The position numbers and the translations under genes are program-made. DNA of 64,000 nt, from the NCBI GenBank assembly GCA_045594705.1, contig JAZNZB010000038.1, positions 20,234 to 84,233 on the forward strand, given 5' to 3'. This stretch comes from Eubacteriales bacterium. Lineage in GTDB: Bacteria > Bacillota > Clostridia > Oscillospirales > CAG-272. The notes under the pieces were generated by a model, which saw only the letters and a program-made list of their open reading frames with translations, had not been told where the DNA came from and searched no databases. Shown in pieces: positions 16,548-27,181 of this stretch. Within the stretch, counting starts at the first letter, position 1, and each line of letters starts with the position of its first letter.

Positions 16548-18398
16548 TTATTCATACATTTCAATCGATCCCGTTTCAGTATAAACCATACCGTCCGTAC
16601 AGTATATCGCTATTCCCTTCCTGATAGCTCCCTGAGCGATATCGATTTTCAACCATTCTTCAACCGTTCCTTGGTAATCCACGCGCCATAACGAAGTTCC
16701 CGGAACCAGTGCATTGCTTTCAATCCTATTGAGACTTGTCGGAAGTGTCACGCTTGTTAACCATTCACAATTGTAAAACACGTGACTTGGCAAGACCTCG
16801 ATCGGTTGTTCAAATACAATATCACAACCGATTCCGCTTTCCCTGAATGCGGATGCTCCGATTTTCTGAATTTTGACAAGCCCGTCAATCTCATAAAGAA
16901 CGTGACATTTTCTGAATGCAAACGCTCCAATTTCAGTCAGGTTTTCATTGACTGATACATGTTTGAGCGAGGCGCATCCATCAAACATGTTCGAAGGAAT
17001 AGCCAAAAGACCGCCAAGATCTGCACGCATCAGATTTTCACATTGCAAAAACACTCCTTCTCCTATATGCTCAATGTTTTCGCCAATCTTTACAGAGGCG
17101 ATAGAATTACACTTAGCAAATGCCTCGTCTCCTATGCTTGTGACATTCACAATGCTTAAGTTACTTAATGAAGTACATTGATAGAATGCTTTTTCACCAA
17201 TTTCTCTCACATACGCCAAATCTACTTTTTCAAGTGAGATACAGCCCATAAAAGCTTCGTCCCCAATTTTTTGTATGGTGTCGGGCAAGTCAACCATTGT
17301 GATCGATTCATTTCCCTTAAATGCGCCGTCGCCGATACTCGTCACTTGCGCCATCTCTATCTCTTCCAGTGCACTGCAATATGCAAATGCAGAATCACCG
17401 ATCGAAACGGGACCATCGGGGATGGAAAGCCGCTGCAAGGCAGAGCAGTTTTCAAACGCCTGCTTGCCGATCTCTTGCAGCTTATCGCTGCTGATCTCTA
17501 CCGAATTCAGAGCGTGACAGCCTGCAAAGGCTCTCTCACCAATGCTTTGCAGCTCAGCAGGAAATTCAACGCTTTCAAGCGAGGTGCACTTTTCAAATGC
17601 GCTGTTCCCAATGGTGATAATGCTGTCACTCATTCTGACCGTCTTGAGCTGCTTGTGCCCCTTAAAAGCGCCCTCATTGATGGTCGTGACGGGAATCCCC
17701 TTGTATTCACCGGGGATATAGATCTCCCCCCAGGTGCCGTTCATCGCGTGTATCCAATACTCAAGCGACTCCGTTTGCTCGTTGAAATGCAAATACAGCA
17801 TCACACCGTGAATACTCGTGATCTCGGGAATATCATCGGGAATCGTAACGTCGGGCGGGATTATATCCTCGACTCGCTCTGTCTCTGTGCCCTGTATGAT
17901 CTCTCCGAAGGTCTCGTCGCTCAGATCGTTTTCCAAATAATACTGATACATACGGTCCAAAAACGTGCCGAGATCAGCGGATAGATCTCCGACAAGGCCG
18001 CCCGAACCCTGCTTCATGGCTTCGATGATGGAGTGCTCTCCTCCTGCGCCAAGCACGTCAAACAGCGTATCGGTCAGTGGCCAATGTACCCACAAGGCTT
18101 CGGATCGGTTGCCGTCCTCGTCGCCGCTCTGAGGAAACATGACATGGTCAACGACCTCGGACACGGTGTTATTGATCGGCTCTCTGAACACGATATAGGT
18201 CAGCGGCAGGCTGCAAAGCAGCAGCGCAAATACAAGCACAAGGCAGGCGGCACTGATCAGCAAAGCACGCATATAGTGCTTTTTGTGCGGAGGCTTTTTG
18301 GCAAGCCCTGCGTCCATTCGTTCAAATTCATCCAGATAATCCGGATCGATCTTGCCGATCGCATCGGTCAGCAGATCGCGATTGATTTGCTTACTCAT
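16548..18398 (-). CDS. Single-pass membrane protein with extracellular BspA-type leucine-rich repeats; putative anti-sigma/sensor partner (L1)
   Basis: 616 aa. Short cytoplasmic head (LLTDAIGKIDPDYLDEF), a TM segment (ALLISAACLVLVFALLLCSL), a juxtamembrane block shared with L2/L3, then about 23-aa repeats of the form xxIGxxAFxxCxxLxxVxIPxxV. The start ATG overlaps the stop of the upstream sigma gene (ATGA). Confidence 0.85.
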   Translation of the reverse strand: MSKQINRDLLTDAIGKIDPDYLDEFERMDAGLAKKPPHKKHYMRALLISAACLVLVFALLLCSLPLTYIVFREPINNTVSEVVDHVMFPQSGDEDGNRSEALWVHWPLTDTLFDVLGAGGEHSIIEAMKQGSGGLVGDLSADLGTFLDRMYQYYLENDLSDETFGEIIQGTETERVEDIIPPDVTIPDDIPEITSIHGVMLYLHFNEQTESLEYWIHAMNGTWGEIYIPGEYKGIPVTTINEGAFKGHKQLKTVRMSDSIITIGNSAFEKCTSLESVEFPAELQSIGERAFAGCHALNSVEISSDKLQEIGKQAFENCSALQRLSIPDGPVSIGDSAFAYCSALEEIEMAQVTSIGDGAFKGNESITMVDLPDTIQKIGDEAFMGCISLEKVDLAYVREIGEKAFYQCTSLSNLSIVNVTSIGDEAFAKCNSIASVKIGENIEHIGEGVFLQCENLMRADLGGLLAIPSNMFDGCASLKHVSVNENLTEIGAFAFRKCHVLYEIDGLVKIQKIGASAFRESGIGCDIVFEQPIEVLPSHVFYNCEWLTSVTLPTSLNRIESNALVPGTSLWRVDYQGTVEEWLKIDIAQGAIRKGIAIYCTDGMVYTETGSIEMYE

Positions 18399-18976
18399 AC
18401 CGAATATCCCTCCTCTTCCAATCTTTGTTTAAGCTCAGATCTGAGACTTGCAAGCTCCTTGTTGATCTTAGAGCGGCTGCGACCCAGTTTTTTTGCAATC
18501 TGATCAATCTGATGCCCATAGAAATAACGGCTGATGAAAATATACTGACTCTCTCCTTCAAGCCCTGCCATAAACTCATCCAGGACGCTCGACAAAACGT
18601 CACTGTCCTGCTCTGTGTATCTGATCGGTTCTTCCGAAACGAACGAAAAATCCGAGAGCGAGATGGGCTGGCTGTCCCCTCCGCGCTTTTGTCTGTTATG
18701 GTGTCTGTAATACATCATAGCCTGGCGGCGCATGATGACAGACAAAAAGGCCTTAAGCACGCGAGGACGCTTGGGCGGCATGGAGTTCCATGCGCCGAGA
18801 TACGTATCGTTCAGGCATTCCTCGCTGTCCTGGAGATCATGCAGAATATTGTTTGCAACCGTCATCAAATATGCACGGTATTTCTGATCAGTCAGACGAA
18901 TGGCCTCCTGATCTCTTGCCCAATACAGATCAATGATGGTCTCGTCATCAGGCAGGTAGGTTTTGATTTGTTGCAT
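18395..18976 (-). CDS. Sigma-70 family (ECF-like, regions 2 and 4) RNA polymerase sigma factor (S1)
   Basis: Start set at ATG 18976 (AGGAG RBS), 193 aa. IIDLYWARDQEAI...LQDSEECLNDTYLGAWNSMPP (region 2) and YIFISRYFYGHQIDQIAKKLGRSRSKINKEL (region 4 HTH). Confidence 0.9.
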   Translation of the reverse strand: MQQIKTYLPDDETIIDLYWARDQEAIRLTDQKYRAYLMTVANNILHDLQDSEECLNDTYLGAWNSMPPKRPRVLKAFLSVIMRRQAMMYYRHHNRQKRGGDSQPISLSDFSFVSEEPIRYTEQDSDVLSSVLDEFMAGLEGESQYIFISRYFYGHQIDQIAKKLGRSRSKINKELASLRSELKQRLEEEGYSV

Positions 18977-18995
18977 GTCATCTCTCCTTGTTGAG

Positions 18996-19034
18996 CTTTT
19001 CACCTATATAGATGCTAAAATTTTGAAAATGTGT
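18996..19034 (-). promoter_or_regulatory. Conserved upstream motif of sigma gene S1 (candidate alternative-sigma promoter)
   Basis: Minus strand: ACACATTTTCAAAATTTTAGCATCTATATAGGTGAAAAG. Related blocks sit at the same place upstream of S2 and S3. No TTGACA-N17-TATAAT is present. Confidence 0.45.
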
Positions 19035-19088
19035 ACGCTTTTGATTCAATTTTATCATATTTTCAAAAAAAATCAACAGACAAACAAA

Positions 19089-19114
19089 GGCAGAGAGCCA
19101 AAATGCCCTCTGCC
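19089..19114 (-). terminator. Hairpin terminator after L2
   Basis: GGCAGAGAGC/GCCCTCTGCC stem (one mismatch) with T-rich flanks on both strands, directly after the stop at 19128. Confidence 0.65.
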
Positions 19115-19127
19115 CTGCTTTTTTTGT

Positions 19128-21230
19128 TTATTCTATTACGATCTCACCGTCGGTGCAGACGATTTTGACTCCGCTTGGGATTGCGCGAGTGTCGACTTGA
19201 ACCTTGCTTTCAAATTCCTGCACAGTTCCCGGATAGTATATTGACTTAAGATTTGCACATCCGGTAAATGCATCGGATACGATATGCTCAAAATTCTCAG
19301 GCAGATAGACCTCTTCCAGATTTGCACAATCCTGAAATACGCGGCTATCAATCGTATCAACCTTATCCGGCAGTGTAATTCGCACAAATCCTGTGTTTGT
19401 AAACATGCCAATGCACAAGTCTCTTCCGTCAAATCCCTCTCCAAAGGTGACGTTTTTGAGCGAATAGCATCCCATAAAGAGCTCGAACGAATCCGGGAAT
19501 TCCTCAATGAATGCGGGCACGTATGCACTCTGCAGGCTCACACAATCCTGGAATACGCGTTCACCCATTTGGTCTACGCCGTCAGGTATCGAAACGCTTG
19601 ATAAGGACGTGCATCCTTTAAAGGATTCGAGCCCTACGGTAAGCAAAGTCTTTGGCAAATACAGTTCCTTGACATTGGTACAATTCAAAAACGCCCTTTG
19701 ACCTATGATTTCAAGCCCTTCAGGCAATATCACCGCCTCAAGAGAGCTGCAGGTTGAAAATGCGTATTCGTATATATTCTTCAAATTTTTAGAAAACGTG
19801 ACCTGCTTTAAGCCTGTGCAGCCTCCAAACGCGCTGCTTTCGATTGTTGTAACGCCATCGGGTATGACGATCTCTTGGAGCGATACACAATAGTTGAAGG
19901 CAGACGCACCGATGGTTTGGCACGAAGTTGGCAGTACGATCTCTTTGAGCTTTCCGCATCTGTAAAAGCAATCGGACGGTACGGTCTCAAGGCTCTCAGG
20001 CAACGTGACGCTGACAAGCTCCGAGCAACCCGAAAATGCCGACGGCTCTATCGTGGTCACACTTGGCGGCAGGACGATCGATTCCAGTCCACTTCCTGTA
20101 AAGACTGCACTGCCGATATCCTGCAGCTGCGCGGGTAGTTCGATCGTTTTGATTGCAATACAACCTGAAAAAGCATGATCGAGAATTCTTATACAGCCTT
20201 CCCCGATGATCACCTCTGTCAAATTCACGCTATCCGAGAAGCATTTTGCGGGAATGGTTGTAAGATTCTTGGGCAAAACCGCACGATTCATTCTCTGGCT
20301 GTTTAAGAATACACCTTCATCCATGCTTTGTAAGGAATCCGGAAGCTCCAGCTCTCTGATATCATTGCAGTAAAAGGCTTCCCGACCGATATGCTGCAAA
20401 TTCTGCGACCACTTGACCGTATGCAGCTGCGTACTGTAGTAAAAAGCCTCTGCTTGAATTTCGGTAATACTGTCGGGCAATATGAGTTCTTTTATAAACA
20501 CGTTGTTATAAGCCGCTTTTTCTACTATGACCTGAACGGGCAGACCGTTGATCTCTGCAAGAATTTCCACGACACCGTCACCGTTCGAAAGCTCTGACGT
20601 AGTTTTGATATTCGTGACTTGCCAATAGTCGTCCTTTTCTCCGCGCTCATAAACGATGCCGTTATGCTCGTATACGGTTTGCTCACCTTGCGTCGTAGGC
20701 TCCTCAGGCTCGTCTGTCGTTTGCTCGGTATCCTGCTCGATCGGGGGCTCCGGATCAGTCTTGTGCTTATGGTAATACTCATACAAGCGTTCAAGGAACG
20801 CACCGATGGATTGCATGATCTCCCCAAAAAGACCGCCCTGCATTCCCTGCATCTGATCGATGACGGAATCTTCTGTGCCCGCGCCCAAGGCTGCAAACAA
20901 CTCTTCCGAAAATTCCCACTCGATCCAATTGAGCAACAGATCCTCTTGCTTGATATCGGTTTCTTCATCATCTAAGGGGAAAAGCACGCGGTCGATCGAT
21001 TCGATTACGGCAGAATTGATCTGCTCGCGATGCACGATATAGGTCAGCGGCAAGGATGCCAGCAGCAAACTAAAGGTCAAAAGCAGACAAGCCGCTGCGA
21101 TCAGTAGCTTGCCCCACGCGGGCATGCGGCGCTTTTTTCGCAGCAAAAGACGGGTTTCCATTTGCGTATAGCTCTCAAGCAGATCGGTATCGATCATGCC
21201 GATCGCATCCAATAACATATCCTGCGTCAT
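19128..21230 (-). CDS. Single-pass membrane protein with extracellular BspA-type leucine-rich repeats; putative anti-sigma/sensor partner (L2)
   Basis: 700 aa. MTQDMLLDAIGMIDTDLLESY head, TM (LLIAAACLLLTFSLLLASL), conserved juxtamembrane block, acidic linker, long LRR array. ATGA overlap with S2. Confidence 0.85.
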   Translation of the reverse strand: MTQDMLLDAIGMIDTDLLESYTQMETRLLLRKKRRMPAWGKLLIAAACLLLTFSLLLASLPLTYIVHREQINSAVIESIDRVLFPLDDEETDIKQEDLLLNWIEWEFSEELFAALGAGTEDSVIDQMQGMQGGLFGEIMQSIGAFLERLYEYYHKHKTDPEPPIEQDTEQTTDEPEEPTTQGEQTVYEHNGIVYERGEKDDYWQVTNIKTTSELSNGDGVVEILAEINGLPVQVIVEKAAYNNVFIKELILPDSITEIQAEAFYYSTQLHTVKWSQNLQHIGREAFYCNDIRELELPDSLQSMDEGVFLNSQRMNRAVLPKNLTTIPAKCFSDSVNLTEVIIGEGCIRILDHAFSGCIAIKTIELPAQLQDIGSAVFTGSGLESIVLPPSVTTIEPSAFSGCSELVSVTLPESLETVPSDCFYRCGKLKEIVLPTSCQTIGASAFNYCVSLQEIVIPDGVTTIESSAFGGCTGLKQVTFSKNLKNIYEYAFSTCSSLEAVILPEGLEIIGQRAFLNCTNVKELYLPKTLLTVGLESFKGCTSLSSVSIPDGVDQMGERVFQDCVSLQSAYVPAFIEEFPDSFELFMGCYSLKNVTFGEGFDGRDLCIGMFTNTGFVRITLPDKVDTIDSRVFQDCANLEEVYLPENFEHIVSDAFTGCANLKSIYYPGTVQEFESKVQVDTRAIPSGVKIVCTDGEIVIE

Positions 21231-21808
21231 ACCAAGTAGCCCTCCTTTGCCAAATGCTCGCGAAGACCTCGCTTGATGTCATAGACGTCCTTATTGACCG
21301 TGGATTTGCTGCATCCAAGCTCGGATGCGATCTGATCCAAGCCCTTTGCATAATAATATCGGCTGATGAATACATAGCGCTGTCGTGCGCTCAGCGTACG
21401 CAGCCAATCGCTGATGGCCTGACCCAATTCGGCAGTTTCCTGCATGGTATACGAGCCCTCCTGATCAGGCACATAGTCCTCAAAATCGGTCAATGAAAAG
21501 GTGACCCTCAGATCCCTTTTCTGCCTGTGCTTTTCCCTGTATTTGCTGATGGCGATCCTGCGCATGATCGAGCCCAAGAAGCTTTGCAGCACGTTGGGAC
21601 GGTGCGGCGGAATGGCATTCCAGGTGCTGACGTAAGTATCATTCAAGCATTCCTCGCTATCCTGCATATCGTGCAGGATATTCTGCGAGACGCTGATCAA
21701 AAATCTGCGATACTTGACGTCGGTCGCCTCTATGGCCTTTTCGTCGCGTGCCCAATACAGTGCAATGATCTCTTGGTCACTGCGCAAACTTACGTTTTGT
21801 TCTTGCAT
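21227..21808 (-). CDS. Sigma-70 family (ECF-like) RNA polymerase sigma factor (S2)
   Basis: Start set at ATG 21808 (AGGAG RBS), 193 aa. IIALYWARDEKAIE...MQDSEECLNDTYVSTWNAIPP and YVFISRYYYAKGLDQIASELGCSKSTVNKDV. Confidence 0.9.
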   Translation of the reverse strand: MQEQNVSLRSDQEIIALYWARDEKAIEATDVKYRRFLISVSQNILHDMQDSEECLNDTYVSTWNAIPPHRPNVLQSFLGSIMRRIAISKYREKHRQKRDLRVTFSLTDFEDYVPDQEGSYTMQETAELGQAISDWLRTLSARQRYVFISRYYYAKGLDQIASELGCSKSTVNKDVYDIKRGLREHLAKEGYLV

Positions 21809-21837
21809 TGTCACGTCTCCTTTTTGTTTGATATGGG

Positions 21838-21876
21838 CTTTCGTAAGTATAGTCGCCAAACGAAATGGAAAAGTGT
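21838..21876 (-). promoter_or_regulatory. Conserved upstream motif of sigma gene S2
   Basis: Minus strand: ACACTTTTCCATTTCGTTTGGCGACTATACTTACGAAAG. Aligns with the S1 and S3 blocks. Confidence 0.4.
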
Positions 21877-21945
21877 AAAGATATTGATAATTTTCCTCTA
21901 TTATCATTTTATCATAAAATCGCAATTTTGCAAGAGGAAAAGCAA

Positions 21946-21972
21946 GGCAGAGAGCCCGAAGACTCTCTGCCC
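21946..21972 (-). terminator. Hairpin terminator after L3
   Basis: GGCAGAGAG/CTCTCTGCC stem followed by TTGCTTTTCC on the minus strand, after the stop at 21982. Confidence 0.65.
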
Positions 21973-21981
21973 TGCAAAATT

Positions 21982-24273
21982 TTAGTGGATAGTAATGACC
22001 TCGCCATCATCGCAGATTACGGAAACTCCGGCCATCAAAGCATCCTCGGCAATTGCAAGCGCATGCCATTGCTGTAATGTGCCTCGGTATTGAATGGTAT
22101 CAAGCTTTTCACATCCCGTAAAGGCTTGACTGCCTATGCTTTGCACCGACTCCGGAATGGTGATGGTTTGCAAGGATTTACAGTTCATAAAGCATTGTTC
22201 CGGCAGCTCGCGCAAGGAATTGGACAATACGATATTCTCAAGACTTGTGCATCCCATAAACTCGCCAACACCGATGTATTCGATCGTATTCGGCAGATAC
22301 ACGTTTTTGACACTGTACGCCCCTGTAAATGCCTTTTTAAGTCCAACCACTTTATCATAATAGTAATACGCAGCAACGTTGATCGTGTCGTAATACCTTG
22401 TCATTTCCAAAGAGGTCAACTCGTATAGTCCTTGATACTCACCGCTTTTTATCGGTAAGTAGTTCATTTCCTGTGTAACATCTGCAAAATATTCTCCGTC
22501 CGCAAGCTTGACGATCGCTCCCGATCCGAATACACGACCAAGAGGCTCACGATATATTCCGCAAAACCATTGCGGAGCTGTAACGTTCATTATGACGTAT
22601 TGCACGTTTTCAAAGCTTTGTGCCCTGAGTGCTGTAAGCGTGGAAGGCAGCTCGATCTTATTGATCGAAGTTCCCGAAAACGCACTGCTTCCGACTTCAA
22701 CAAGCCCCTCCGGCAGGCTGATCGCAGTCAATGATTTGCAGCCTTCAAACGCGTTTGATTGAATCTCAGTCAAGGTACTTGGCAGCACAACGCTTTGTAA
22801 ATTTTCACATTCCGCAAACGAGTGCTGTCCTATAGTAGTTGTGCCTTCAGCAAGAATCACACTTTCCAAAGCATGACATTCCTCGAATGCACGGAGAGAA
22901 ATAACCTCTACGCTGCCCGGAATGATGATCTCGGTCAATGCCGTTCCCGAGAAGGCCGACTTGCCAAGATTGGTAAGTCCCTGCGGGAGTTCAATACCAT
23001 GCAGATTGCCGCAGCCGCTGAACGCTGATTCTCTGATTTCGGTAACGCTTTGCGAAAGCTGTGCTGCAGTCAGCTGTGTACAATTTTCAAAACATGCGCT
23101 GCTGATCAGCGTTGTTCCCTCCGGAATATCCAAAACGACCAATCCGGTTTCCGCAAAGGCTTGCGGACCTAAAGATTCAAGATTTTTCGGCAGATCGACG
23201 CTTCCAAGCGCGCTGCATTGATAAAAGGCTTGCGTCATGATCTGTGTCACCGAATCCGGGATTTCCACGGAATTCAAGAAAGGATTCATTGCAAAGCAGT
23301 ATTGCGGGACCTCTGTCAGGCCATCGGGCAAGGATACGTATTCAATTCCCTTTCCACCGGCTTCATTTGAGCATTCGTAGAATGCATACGATCCCAATTT
23401 GGTCAAGCTATCAGGCAGTTCAACACGGGTAAGCGATTGACAATATGCAAACGCGTATTCGCCAATCTCTTCAAGATTTTGTGACCAAGTGATCGAAGAT
23501 AGATTTCCACAACCCAAAAAGGCTTTTTCACCAATATGTGTTATCGAATCCGGAAGAATCAGCTCACGTAACGTGCTTCGCTCTTTGGCTGCTTCTTGCC
23601 TGATTTTAGTCACGGGAAGACCTTCGATCGCTTCGGGAATTGTCAATACACCGTCTTTTACCTTATCAACACTGTACAGCATCCAATAATCCTGACCGAC
23701 GCCCTTTCTGTAAGTGCAACCGTCAAGCTCCAACATGATCGCTTCTTGACTTTCGGATTCAGTCCCTGATTCCTTTTCCGTGGGGCTATCAATGTCTTCT
23801 TTATACTTTTCATAGTAATCAAACAACTTATCCAAAAGCCCACCAAGGCTTTGCCAAGCCTCACCCGCAAGTCCACTTTGCTCACCTATCATCCAGTCGA
23901 TAACCGAGTTTTCCGTGCCTGCGCCCAGTGCATTGAATATCTGTTCCGTAATCGGCCATTCGGTCCAGTTCAGCAACAGATCCTCTTGCTTGATATCTGC
24001 ATCCTCGTCGTCCAACGGGAAGATCACGCGGTCGATCGCGTCCGAGACGGCCGAGTCGATTTTTTCACGGTTGACAATGTACACAAGCGGCAGCGAGGTG
24101 ACAAGCAATGCAATCACCAACAGCATAGAGATCGCTGCTGCCAGCAGCGTGACAAGATACCGCTTTGTTTTGCTCCGCTTGCGGCTTCGCAGTGCCATAT
24201 CCTTGAGCACGTATGCTTCGACAATATCGGCATCCACCATGCCGACCGCGTCCATAAACATGGATTTATTCAT
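21982..24273 (-). CDS. Single-pass membrane protein with extracellular BspA-type leucine-rich repeats; putative anti-sigma/sensor partner (L3)
   Basis: 763 aa. MNKSMFMDAVGMVDADIVEAY head, TM (LVTLLAAAISMLLVIALLVTSL), conserved juxtamembrane block, LRR array interrupted by a non-repeat insert. ATGA overlap with S3. Confidence 0.85.
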   Translation of the reverse strand: MNKSMFMDAVGMVDADIVEAYVLKDMALRSRKRSKTKRYLVTLLAAAISMLLVIALLVTSLPLVYIVNREKIDSAVSDAIDRVIFPLDDEDADIKQEDLLLNWTEWPITEQIFNALGAGTENSVIDWMIGEQSGLAGEAWQSLGGLLDKLFDYYEKYKEDIDSPTEKESGTESESQEAIMLELDGCTYRKGVGQDYWMLYSVDKVKDGVLTIPEAIEGLPVTKIRQEAAKERSTLRELILPDSITHIGEKAFLGCGNLSSITWSQNLEEIGEYAFAYCQSLTRVELPDSLTKLGSYAFYECSNEAGGKGIEYVSLPDGLTEVPQYCFAMNPFLNSVEIPDSVTQIMTQAFYQCSALGSVDLPKNLESLGPQAFAETGLVVLDIPEGTTLISSACFENCTQLTAAQLSQSVTEIRESAFSGCGNLHGIELPQGLTNLGKSAFSGTALTEIIIPGSVEVISLRAFEECHALESVILAEGTTTIGQHSFAECENLQSVVLPSTLTEIQSNAFEGCKSLTAISLPEGLVEVGSSAFSGTSINKIELPSTLTALRAQSFENVQYVIMNVTAPQWFCGIYREPLGRVFGSGAIVKLADGEYFADVTQEMNYLPIKSGEYQGLYELTSLEMTRYYDTINVAAYYYYDKVVGLKKAFTGAYSVKNVYLPNTIEYIGVGEFMGCTSLENIVLSNSLRELPEQCFMNCKSLQTITIPESVQSIGSQAFTGCEKLDTIQYRGTLQQWHALAIAEDALMAGVSVICDDGEVITIH

Positions 24274-24857
24274 ACCTTGTATCCCTCCTTTTCCAGCGTT
24301 GCTTTCAAAGAAGTCTTGATGTATGCGATGTCCGCATTGACGGTCGATCGTGCACAGCCGAGTGCTTGCGCGATCTCTTCAATGGAGCGGGCATCGAAAT
24401 ACCGGCTCATAAAGACGTAGCGTTTGCGCTCATCCAATGTTCTGATCCAAGCGCTGATCACATCGGACAGTTCCCTTGCTTCTCTTTCATCATAAGAGGC
24501 AAAGTCGTCCGATAACACGCCCTCCAAATCGGAAAGCGGTGCAACAAATGCGGGCGGAATGGCCTTTTTGGTATGCTTTTTTCTGTATCGGTCAATGGCA
24601 AGATGACGCGTAATGGTGCTCAAGAACGCCTGCAGCACGTTTGGTCTGTGCGGCGGCATGGACTCCCATGCACCAAGATAGGTGTCGTTGAGGCATTCCT
24701 CACTGTCCTGCATATCCGAAAGGATGTTATGCGCGACGCGCAGCAAATAATTGCGGTATTTGAGATCCGTATACTTGATCGCCGCTTCATCTCTTGCCCA
24801 ATACAGCTCAACAATGGCCGAATCGCTGAGCATATAGGTCTGATTCTGATTCATCAT
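24270..24857 (-). CDS. Sigma-70 family (ECF-like) RNA polymerase sigma factor (S3)
   Basis: 195 aa, AGGAGG RBS. IVELYWARDEAAIK...MQDSEECLNDTYLGAWESMPP and YVFMSRYFDARSIEEIAQALGCARSTVNADI. Confidence 0.9.
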   Translation of the reverse strand: MMNQNQTYMLSDSAIVELYWARDEAAIKYTDLKYRNYLLRVAHNILSDMQDSEECLNDTYLGAWESMPPHRPNVLQAFLSTITRHLAIDRYRKKHTKKAIPPAFVAPLSDLEGVLSDDFASYDEREARELSDVISAWIRTLDERKRYVFMSRYFDARSIEEIAQALGCARSTVNADIAYIKTSLKATLEKEGYKV

Positions 24858-24874
24858 GAAGCCTCCTTAATTGT

Positions 24875-24914
24875 CCTTTCACCTATACAGACGAGAAAGA
24901 TTTCGAAAAAGTCC
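24875..24914 (-). promoter_or_regulatory. Conserved upstream motif of sigma gene S3
   Basis: Minus strand: GGACTTTTTCGAAATCTTTCTCGTCTGTATAGGTGAAAGG. Shares CT(A/G)TATAGGTGAAA with S1. Confidence 0.45.
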
Positions 24915-24933
24915 GACGGTTATTGAAATAATT

Positions 24934-24966
24934 TCAAAAAACAGGCGAAATTTCTTTCGCCTGTTC
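24934..24966 (-). terminator. Rho-independent terminator of asnS
   Basis: AACAGGCGAAA/TTTCGCCTGTT stem followed by TTTTTGAAA on the minus strand, after the stop at 24976. Confidence 0.8.
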
Positions 24967-24975
24967 ATTTTTGCA

Positions 24976-26370
<1,395 letters not shown>

Positions 26371-26391
26371 GATAATCTCCTTGAATGTGTT

Positions 26392-27126
26392 TTACTGTGT
26401 AAGTCCGCCCAAAAGACCACTGAGCTGCCCGTAGCCCGGGATATTCTCTTCCAGAATTCCCTCCATAAAGCCCTCGTTGCCCTTCATGGCATGATAGACC
26501 GATTCGTAAATGGCATCGCGTACCGTACCGTTTGCCACCTCGTTGATGCGTTCCACGATAGCATCAGCAACTGCATCCGCCGTTTTCTGCGCAATATACT
26601 CACGCAGAGAGTCCGGCTTATCATCAGGCAATTGCACTTCGGTTGTTATCTCTTCCTCGGTTGTTTGCTCCTCCGAGCCAATGCCATCAAATCTATCCTC
26701 GAGCCAATTCTTGATCAGCCCCTTGATAAATTCCGACGTGCTGCTGCTTCCTATGTACAGATCCAAAACCTCACCGATGATCTGAGAGTAATCGTAATCT
26801 CCATTGCCAAGACCGCCAAGTGATCCGAGAATGCCCTCAACAATGCCCGCATACTCGGTGGTTTCCTCTTCGGAGTCAGATTCTGTGGTTCCACCCTCTA
26901 CCTTACCGAGAGCCTCCAGTATAGATTCGGACATGTCGGCTTTAAGCTGTTCCAGCTCTTCTTGGCTGATCTCATGCTCGGTCTCTGCTTCACGTTCGGT
27001 TTCTGTTTCTTTTTCGCTGTCCTTGGGATCGTCATTATTACTACCGTCATCCTTACAAGCGGTCATGACGGTGACTGTCATCAGCAATACAAGGAGCACA
27101 GAGATCATTCTGATAAACTGTTTCAT
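26392..27126 (-). CDS. Acidic putative lipoprotein, unknown function
   Basis: Start moved to ATG 27126 (MKQFIRMISVLLVLLMTVTVMTAC-KDD, lipobox) because a promoter at 27182-27210 lies inside the longer ORF. Mature protein is very Glu/Asp/Thr rich. Ends 21 nt upstream of asnS. Confidence 0.7.
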   Translation of the reverse strand: MKQFIRMISVLLVLLMTVTVMTACKDDGSNNDDPKDSEKETETEREAETEHEISQEELEQLKADMSESILEALGKVEGGTTESDSEEETTEYAGIVEGILGSLGGLGNGDYDYSQIIGEVLDLYIGSSSTSEFIKGLIKNWLEDRFDGIGSEEQTTEEEITTEVQLPDDKPDSLREYIAQKTADAVADAIVERINEVANGTVRDAIYESVYHAMKGNEGFMEGILEENIPGYGQLSGLLGGLTQ

Positions 27127-27181
27127 TGCGTATGCTGTTCCTTTCTTAGTAAATATTCGTTGATTTGGAAAACTTCTACTC

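Noticed and set aside
16548-24273. Reading the LRR proteins as internalin-like, sortase-anchored surface adhesins
   Set aside because: They have no cleavable signal peptide and no C-terminal LPXTG. Instead there is a single N-terminal TM helix after a conserved cytoplasmic head, and each is translationally coupled to a sigma factor gene.
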